A stretch of DNA of 37,580 nucleotides from Salinarchaeum sp. (GTDB lineage Archaea; Halobacteriota; Halobacteria; Halobacteriales; QS-1-68-20). Made by a program: the position numbers and the translations under genes. Positions 10,415-16,254 of the stretch are shown piece by piece; the stretch's first letter is position 1, and each line of letters starts with the position of its first letter. The stretch is taken from the NCBI GenBank assembly GCA_007122875.1, contig SKSS01000101.1, forward strand, positions 1 through 37,580, read 5' to 3'. Under the pieces are notes generated by a model, which made no database searches, was not told where the DNA came from, and saw only the letters and a program-made list of their open reading frames with translations.

Positions 10415-10738
10415 ATGCAGTTCTGCGACGACTGCGGTTCGATGATGAAAGCGGCGGACGACGAGATGGTCTGTTCGGCCTGCGGAAACCGCGAGCCCCG
10501 CGACGAGGAGCGTGCGGCCGCGTTCGTCAGCACGGAAGAGCAGGCAGACGACGACGTGATTGAGACCGAGGAGGGTGCGGACTTCGAGGGCAAGCCGACC
10601 GCGAAAGACGTACACTGCGACGAGTGCGGCCACGACAGGGCGTGGTACACGATCAAGCAGACGGCCTCCGCGGACGAGCCACCAACGCGGTTTTTTAAAT
10701 GTAAGGACTGTGGCAATAGGTGGCGAGAATATAACTAA
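10415..10738 (+). CDS. tfs: Transcription factor S (TFS/RpoM family)
   Basis: MQFCDDCGSMM N-terminal Zn ribbon; CDECG...QTASADEPPTRFFKCKDCG C-terminal ribbon with DE dyad. Confidence 0.95.
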   Translation: MQFCDDCGSMMKAADDEMVCSACGNREPRDEERAAAFVSTEEQADDDVIETEEGADFEGKPTAKDVHCDECGHDRAWYTIKQTASADEPPTRFFKCKDCGNRWREYN

Positions 10739-10762
10739 CGTGGTTGGCGTAGTATCATTTCC

Positions 10763-10843
10763 ATGTTAGTTCTGGTCGCCGAGACCTGGGAGTTCATTCG
10801 GACGGACGTCGGCCCGGAGATCCTTCGCTGGCTGGTGAGCTAA
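10763..10843 (+). other. Short 26-codon ORF or 3' gene remnant (MLVLVAETWEFIRTDVGPEILRWLVS)
   Basis: ATG 10763 to TAA 10843; GC3-rich codons after an AT-rich start. Confidence 0.3.
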
Positions 10844-10928
10844 TCGGCCTCCGACCCGGATGTGCGCGTCGAGTGACCGACTCGTGGACGAGCAGAACCA
10901 TTACCTGCTAGCCGGACGTATCACGGCC

Positions 10929-11741
10929 GTGAACGTCTCGATCGATGGAACGAAGCTGCTGTACGCCGTCGGCGTGCTGCTCGGCGTGGTGGCGCTCGGC
11001 TACTTCGGCTTCGAACTGCTCACCGGGCTCTCACCGACGATCACGGCCATCCTCCTCGCGATCGTCTTCGTTGGCCTGCTGTCGGTCGCGCTGACGATCG
11101 ACGGCGGCGGACTCGAAACGGTCACCTACGCCCTCACCGCCGGATCGTACCTCGTGACCATCGCGTACGTCCTCTCGCGGTTCGACCTCGGGGACGTGGG
11201 CGTCTTTCTCGTCCTCGCGCTCTCGTCGGCGCTGTTCGTCGGTCTCGGCTACGGCGTCCGCGAACGAGGGATTGCGCTCACCCGCCCGCAAACCGCTCGA
11301 ATCGTCGTCGTGCTCGCGGTCGCAACCGCCCTCCTCGTAGGCGTCGATGTCGTTGGGGCCCAACCGACCTACGAGGTGGAGACCGAAGACGAAATCGAGA
11401 TGCTCGAACCGCGCGAGCAGCGCAGCATCGGAACCGTGACCGCCGAAAACGGGTTCGTCCTCTCGCGCTCGGTCGACTCAGTCACCCTGCGGATCTGTGT
11501 GACCGGACCGGAGCCCGAGCAGCTCTCCGCCCACGCGTTCCGATCCCAGGTGCTCGCGGGCGGGGAGTCGGTCGAAGGCGAACTCACGATCGCCGGTGGG
11601 ATCTTCTACGACCGCGATGGGGAGCCTCGGGACGCCTTCGCCGATCTCGAGTCGATCCCCGTCGATACCCACGACGGGACCGAGTGTCCGACCGACGACG
11701 AGGTTCGACTCGTCGTCCTCACGGGCGATCTCGGCGAGTGA
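10929..11741 (+). CDS. Haloarchaeal membrane protein (about 5 N-terminal TM helices plus extracytoplasmic domain; DUF1109-like)
   Basis: Hydrophobic N-terminal half (KLLYAVGVLLG...SSALFVGLGY) and acidic beta-rich C-terminal half; GTG start inferred. Confidence 0.75.
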   Translation: MNVSIDGTKLLYAVGVLLGVVALGYFGFELLTGLSPTITAILLAIVFVGLLSVALTIDGGGLETVTYALTAGSYLVTIAYVLSRFDLGDVGVFLVLALSSALFVGLGYGVRERGIALTRPQTARIVVVLAVATALLVGVDVVGAQPTYEVETEDEIEMLEPREQRSIGTVTAENGFVLSRSVDSVTLRICVTGPEPEQLSAHAFRSQVLAGGESVEGELTIAGGIFYDRDGEPRDAFADLESIPVDTHDGTECPTDDEVRLVVLTGDLGE

Positions 11742-11753
11742 GAAAGACTTATT
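11742..11753 (+). promoter_or_regulatory. BRE/TATA promoter for the uORF-proS transcript
   Basis: GAAAGACTTATT, with the TATA-like CTTATT about 28 nt before ATG 11779 (leaderless geometry). Confidence 0.55.
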
Positions 11754-11778
11754 GCTCGGATGGGCCACCTGCAAACTG

Positions 11779-11853
11779 ATGCGTCGCGCATACACGAACC
11801 GCGGGTCCAGCACGGCCCGTGGACGCGTTCCGAGCGGAGTATCGAGCGAGTAG
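11779..11853 (+). CDS. Candidate leader peptide/uORF (MRRAYTNRGSSTARGRVPSGVSSE)
   Basis: ATG at the predicted TSS; 24 codons; stops 152 nt before the ProRS-like start. Confidence 0.4.
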   Translation: MRRAYTNRGSSTARGRVPSGVSSE

Positions 11854-11896
11854 TCACTTCTGTGCGACGCGCCGTGAATTCCGATCTGCGAGCGGC

Positions 11897-11964
11897 GCGT
11901 CCGTCACCCGATCGATCGTCGACGCTGCGTCCGTCACCCGATCGATCGTCGACGCTGCGTCCGT
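11897..11964. repeat. 30-bp tandem direct repeat, about 2.3 copies
   Basis: GCGTCCGTCACCCGATCGATCGTCGACGCT at 11897 and 11927, partial GCGTCCGT at 11957. Confidence 0.95.
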
Positions 11965-12005
11965 AACACACACATCCACACCCGCCACCCCCGGAGGTGG
12001 TTGCC

Positions 12006-13283
12006 GTGCGGCGTAGCGACCTCTTCCTCCCCGCCACCAGGGAGACACGCGGTGCGGGGACGGAGACGACCAAACTCCTCGTCCGGGCCGGACTCGTCCG
12101 AGCGTTCGGGAGCGGTCTGTGGGGGTATACGCCCGCCGGGGTTCGCGTCCGTCGGAAGCTGATCCGACGACTCCGCGCCGGCATGGACGCCGTTGGCGGA
12201 CAGCGGGTCCGACTTCCCGGTCTCCAGCCCCGACGACGGTGGGACGAGAGCGGGCGCTGGGCAAACTTCGAGGGCGAGATGTTCACCCTCGAAAACCGGG
12301 ACGGGAAGGACATCTGTCTCGCGCCCAGCCACGAGGAGGGAATGGTTCACCTCGTCGACGGCCGCATCCGGTCCTACGACGACCTCCCCCTGTTGCTGTA
12401 TCAGATCGAGTCGAAGTTCCGTGACGACCATGCTCGAAACGGACTCGTCCGCTGCAAGGAGTTCACCATGAAGGACGCCTACAGCTTCCACGCCGACGAG
12501 GACTGTCTCGATCGGACATACGGCGAGGTTCGAGCGGCGTACGAACGCATCTTCGCGGATCTCGGCCTCTCGTTCGCGATCGTCGAGGCCGACGCCGGGG
12601 TGATGGGCGGCTCGAACTCCGAGGAGTTCGTCGCCCCCGTCGAGAACGGGTCCAACCGGCTGGTCTACTGTACGGCCAACGGCTGTCGGTTCGGCGTCAC
12701 GGACGAACACGCCGATTTCGACCGCTACACCGTGGCTGACTCCTGTCCCGAGTGTGGAACCCTCCTCGCCGAATCAGCCGGAACCGAACTCGGCCACGTG
12801 TTCCAGCTTGGAACGCGCTACTCGGACGCGATGGGGCTCACGATCGACGACCGGGCGGGCCGCGAACTCCCCGTCCTGATGGGCAGTTACGGCATCGGCG
12901 TCGATCGGTTGCTCCAGACGCTCGTCCAGCAGGGAGGGATCGACCGCTGTCGGTGGCCCGTCACCGACTGGGGCTGTGTCGCGCCCTACCGCGCGGCCGT
13001 CGTCCCCGTTGGCTACGAGGGCGAGGTTCGCGAGGAGGCTGACCGTCTCCACAAACGGTGTGGTCCCGAGGACACCCTGCTGTTCGACGATCCCGAGCAG
13101 TCGGTCGGTGAACGCTTCGCCGAGAGCGAGTTGCTGGGCCTCCCCGCTACGATCGTCGTCGGAAACCAGTACCGCGAAACCGGTCTGGTCGACGTCGAGA
13201 CCCAGGACGGCCGAACCGAGACGGTCGATCCCGAGGCCGTCCCCGAGGTCGTCGAGCGGTTCGCTGCTGGAACCACCGGATAG
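12006..13283 (+). CDS. proS: Bacterial-type prolyl-tRNA synthetase or paralog, lacking the INS editing domain
   Basis: LLVRAGLV..FGSGLW, WDESGRW, LAPSHEE, KFRDD...EFTMKDAYSFH (motif 2), ELGHVFQLGTRYS, MGSYGIGVDR (motif 3), anticodon-binding C-domain; GGAGGTG SD then GTG. Confidence 0.85.
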   Translation: MRRSDLFLPATRETRGAGTETTKLLVRAGLVRAFGSGLWGYTPAGVRVRRKLIRRLRAGMDAVGGQRVRLPGLQPRRRWDESGRWANFEGEMFTLENRDGKDICLAPSHEEGMVHLVDGRIRSYDDLPLLLYQIESKFRDDHARNGLVRCKEFTMKDAYSFHADEDCLDRTYGEVRAAYERIFADLGLSFAIVEADAGVMGGSNSEEFVAPVENGSNRLVYCTANGCRFGVTDEHADFDRYTVADSCPECGTLLAESAGTELGHVFQLGTRYSDAMGLTIDDRAGRELPVLMGSYGIGVDRLLQTLVQQGGIDRCRWPVTDWGCVAPYRAAVVPVGYEGEVREEADRLHKRCGPEDTLLFDDPEQSVGERFAESELLGLPATIVVGNQYRETGLVDVETQDGRTETVDPEAVPEVVERFAAGTTG

Positions 13284-13347
13284 CTCGGCTCGGATCGTCC
13301 GACCGCCGCGCACAATCCTTTTGTCGGGTCGCTGGGAACGTCCCGGC

Positions 13348-14160
13348 ATGACCGACGAGCCGGGCGATCCAGCCGAGTCAGCCGACCCGGACCCGAGACG
13401 ACGTGTCGCCTCCCGGACGGACGATGAGTACGACGATACCGACGAATCCGGTTTCGATACGTCCGGCCGCAGCGACGACGGAGATACCGAATCCGGAAAC
13501 AGTAACACGGAACTCGAAGATGCCGACACGGAACCCGGAGACACTGACACGGGATCCGAAGAGCGTGATGCGGAACCTGAAAACGGCGAGACGAAACCCG
13601 ACGGCGCCGACGAGCGGGACGTACCCGAGGACGTGCAAACGTACGAGCGGTTCACGAAGGTCGACGGCGCGGAGTACGAGCGCGTCAACGAGTTCCTCCG
13701 CAACCGGACGCACATCACGGCCCGCGAGTGGGCCATCGCACGGCTCTGCTCGGATTTCCGCACGGAGACGGGCGTCGAGATGACCAAAATCGGCGAGAAC
13801 CTCCCGGAACTCGTCCCGTTCATGACCGACACGTACACCCCGCAGGCGGTCAATCAGGCGCGGGCCTCGTTCGAGGAGAAGATTCGGATGGCGGGTGCGA
13901 CGTTCCTCTACGGCGCGATGTGTGATTTCTTCACGGCCGAGGAACTCGACGACGTGATGTACGAGGCGACCGAGGTCGCGAAGTTCCTCCTCGAAGTCGA
14001 GGGCGTCGAACTCTCCGTCGAGGAGGAACTGGAGGCCGAAGAGCGCATCTCGACGGTGATGCGTGAGGTTCGGGAGGCGAGCCAGCAACTCCGAACCGCC
14101 GAGGAACTCGAACTCGACGGCTCCTGTCCGCACTGCGGGGAGGAACTCACGGACGACTAA
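13348..14160 (+). CDS. Conserved haloarchaeal protein (DUF5806-like) with acidic N-terminal tail and C-terminal CPxCG
   Basis: RVNEFLRNRTHITAREWAIARLC.DFRTETGVEMTKIGENLP core; CPHCG at C-terminus. Confidence 0.8.
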   Translation: MTDEPGDPAESADPDPRRRVASRTDDEYDDTDESGFDTSGRSDDGDTESGNSNTELEDADTEPGDTDTGSEERDAEPENGETKPDGADERDVPEDVQTYERFTKVDGAEYERVNEFLRNRTHITAREWAIARLCSDFRTETGVEMTKIGENLPELVPFMTDTYTPQAVNQARASFEEKIRMAGATFLYGAMCDFFTAEELDDVMYEATEVAKFLLEVEGVELSVEEELEAEERISTVMREVREASQQLRTAEELELDGSCPHCGEELTDD

Positions 14161-14762
14161 CGGGAGTCCGACCGATCGTCGTCCGACGTGTCCGGGTCGG
14201 CGTCATCGGACTCGGTTCGTTCGTCGTTCCTCGCCCGCCACCGTCGGCGCGCTTCGAGACCGCGTCGTCGTCGATCCGCCGCCGGATCTGCCTCAGGGTT
14301 GTGTCGATTGAGTGGTAAGAACGGCTCGGCGTTGTCGTGGACGAACGTCACCCGGTCGTCTCCCGACAGCGGGCGGATGTGCGTCCGCATCACGCCCTCC
14401 TGGCGGGCCCGGCGGAACATCGGCCGATCCCCGATCCACCGGTAGTACGCCGGGACGATCACGGCGACCTCCTCGTCGGGGTTCTCGATTGCGGTGACGT
14501 AGTAGATGATGGCGTCATCTCTCGCTTTGAACACCTGAAAGCGGTCGAAGTCGGCCGCGTCCGTGACGACCTCCTCGACGGCCGCGTACTCCTCACCGGG
14601 AACGACGACGGTCACCCCGAACTGGTCGTCGGTCCGCGCGGTCACGTCACCGGGGGTGACCGTCACGACCTCCCACCCCTCCGCGTCGTACTCCGTGGCG
14701 GTCGCCTCCGCGTCCTCGATCACGTCGCTCCACACGTCGCCGGGGGGGCTGTGAGCGTCCAT
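14157..14762 (-). CDS. Conserved haloarchaeal hypothetical protein (DUF7529-like), paralog of 2068..2577
   Basis: W..VIEDAEATA.EYDAEGWEVV.V.PGD...AR.EGVM.TH aligns by eye with the 2068 ORF. Confidence 0.75.
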   Translation of the reverse strand: MDAHSPPGDVWSDVIEDAEATATEYDAEGWEVVTVTPGDVTARTDDQFGVTVVVPGEEYAAVEEVVTDAADFDRFQVFKARDDAIIYYVTAIENPDEEVAVIVPAYYRWIGDRPMFRRARQEGVMRTHIRPLSGDDRVTFVHDNAEPFLPLNRHNPEADPAADRRRRGLEARRRWRARNDERTESDDADPDTSDDDRSDSR

Positions 14763-14799
14763 GTGTCGATGAGGGTGGGGACCGTCGAAAAGGGTTGTC

Positions 14800-16095
14800 T
14801 TACCCGCGAACGTTCCGCCCGACCGCCTCGCCGAACCGCTCCTCGCCGTCACGGTCGTCGTAGACGATCCGCCCTCGAACGACCGTGAGTTCCGGGAAGA
14901 CGCCCGTCATCCCCTCGTAGGGCGTCCACCCGCACTTCGAGTGGAGATCCGATCCGCGAATCTCGCGGACGTTCTCCGGATCGACCAGCACGAAGTCGGC
15001 GTCCATTCCCGCTTCGATCCGCCCCTTGGTCGGGAGGTCGAACACGTCCGCCGGGTTCGTGGCCGTCAGATCACGGACCCGCTCCCAGGTCAGCCGGCCG
15101 TCACGGACCGCGGCGAGCAGCAGGGGGAGGGTCGTCTCCACGCCCGGAACGCCGCTCGGGGCCGCCGCGACCGCGGCCTCCTTCTCCGCTGTGAGGTGCG
15201 GAGCGTGATCGGAGGCGACGATGTCGACGGTGCCGTCTGCGACCCGCTCGAAGACGCCCTCGCGGCGCGCCTCACTTCGAAGTGGCGGGTTCATCTGGCC
15301 GAACGTCCCGAGGTCGTTGAGGTCGTCGCGAGAGAGAAATAGGTGGTGGGGACAGACCTCGCAGGTCGCGCCGTGCTCGACGGCCGCGTCGATCGCCTCC
15401 GGGGACGTGGTGTGAGCGACGTGCAGATCCGCACCCGCCTCCGTCGCGCGCTCGCAGGCGAGATCGATCGCGTCGACTTCCGCGCGGGCGGGTCGGTAGG
15501 CGCTCCAGGCGTCCGCGTCGGCATCCCGGCCGGTCCCGCTGCCGGCCGTTTCGAGGGCCGACTCGTCGAACAGCGCGTCGTCCTCGGCGTGGACGGTGAG
15601 GGTGAGATCCGCCTCTGCGGCCCGTTCGGCGGCGACGGAGAAGAGATCGGCGTCGATGCCCATCCCGCCGGTCGAATCCGCGAGGAACACCTCGCCGAGG
15701 GCGAACAGCGGGCGCGAGAGGAGGGTGTCGGGATCCCAGTCGGGAATCACGCCGCCGGAGATACCGTAGTCGACGAGCGACTCCTCGGCGACAGCGTCTT
15801 TCGCGTCGTAGCCCGCCCCGTCGATCGTGGGCGGATCGGTGTTGGGTTGGTCGACGATCGTGGTCACGCCGCCGGCCGCGGCCGAACGGCTGGCCGTCCC
15901 CCACGTCTCCTTGTGTGTGAACCCCGGCTCCCGGACGTGGACGTGCGCGTCGATCACCCCGGGAAGGAGGCGCTTTCCGGTCGCGTCGACGATTTCCTCC
16001 CCCGAGAGATTCTCTCCGACGGCCGCGATCCGGCCGTCCTCAACCGCCACGTCCCGGATCCGGCCACCCGCGAGGGTCGCGTTCCGAACGAGCAT
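14800..16095 (-). CDS. pyrC: Dihydroorotase
   Basis: LLPGVIDAHVHVREPG, AAAGGVTT..DQPNT, VHAED, CEVCPHHL, MNPPLR, ASDHAPH, HSKCGWTPY. Confidence 0.93.
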   Translation of the reverse strand: MLVRNATLAGGRIRDVAVEDGRIAAVGENLSGEEIVDATGKRLLPGVIDAHVHVREPGFTHKETWGTASRSAAAGGVTTIVDQPNTDPPTIDGAGYDAKDAVAEESLVDYGISGGVIPDWDPDTLLSRPLFALGEVFLADSTGGMGIDADLFSVAAERAAEADLTLTVHAEDDALFDESALETAGSGTGRDADADAWSAYRPARAEVDAIDLACERATEAGADLHVAHTTSPEAIDAAVEHGATCEVCPHHLFLSRDDLNDLGTFGQMNPPLRSEARREGVFERVADGTVDIVASDHAPHLTAEKEAAVAAAPSGVPGVETTLPLLLAAVRDGRLTWERVRDLTATNPADVFDLPTKGRIEAGMDADFVLVDPENVREIRGSDLHSKCGWTPYEGMTGVFPELTVVRGRIVYDDRDGEERFGEAVGRNVRG

Positions 16096-16216
16096 TACCG
16101 ACCGTGGGGGAGAGAGCGCCCTAAGTCTCTCGATTCGGAATACGCCGTGGACGGTTGGGCCGGCAACCCCACGGTCGGACGAACCACCGTAGAAATGACT
16201 ACAAAACGATCAATGG

Positions 16217-16230
16217 AGAAAGTATTTATT
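16217..16230 (+). promoter_or_regulatory. BRE/TATA promoter of the large Tat protein
   Basis: GAGAAAGTATTTATT ending 25 nt before ATG 16255. Confidence 0.6.
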
Positions 16231-16254
16231 GATGGCTGGTGCACTTTTTCGTGC

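Noticed and set aside
11990-12010. T-box riboswitch (GGTGGTTGCCGTG resembles GGTGGNACCGCG)
   Set aside because: The match is imperfect and coincides with the SD and start codon; no Stem I/specifier motifs were recognised, and T-boxes are bacterial.
15343-16254. N-terminal 304-aa extension of the 1212-aa ORF
   Set aside because: It is mostly antisense to pyrC; the Tat signal and TATA box place the true start at 16255.
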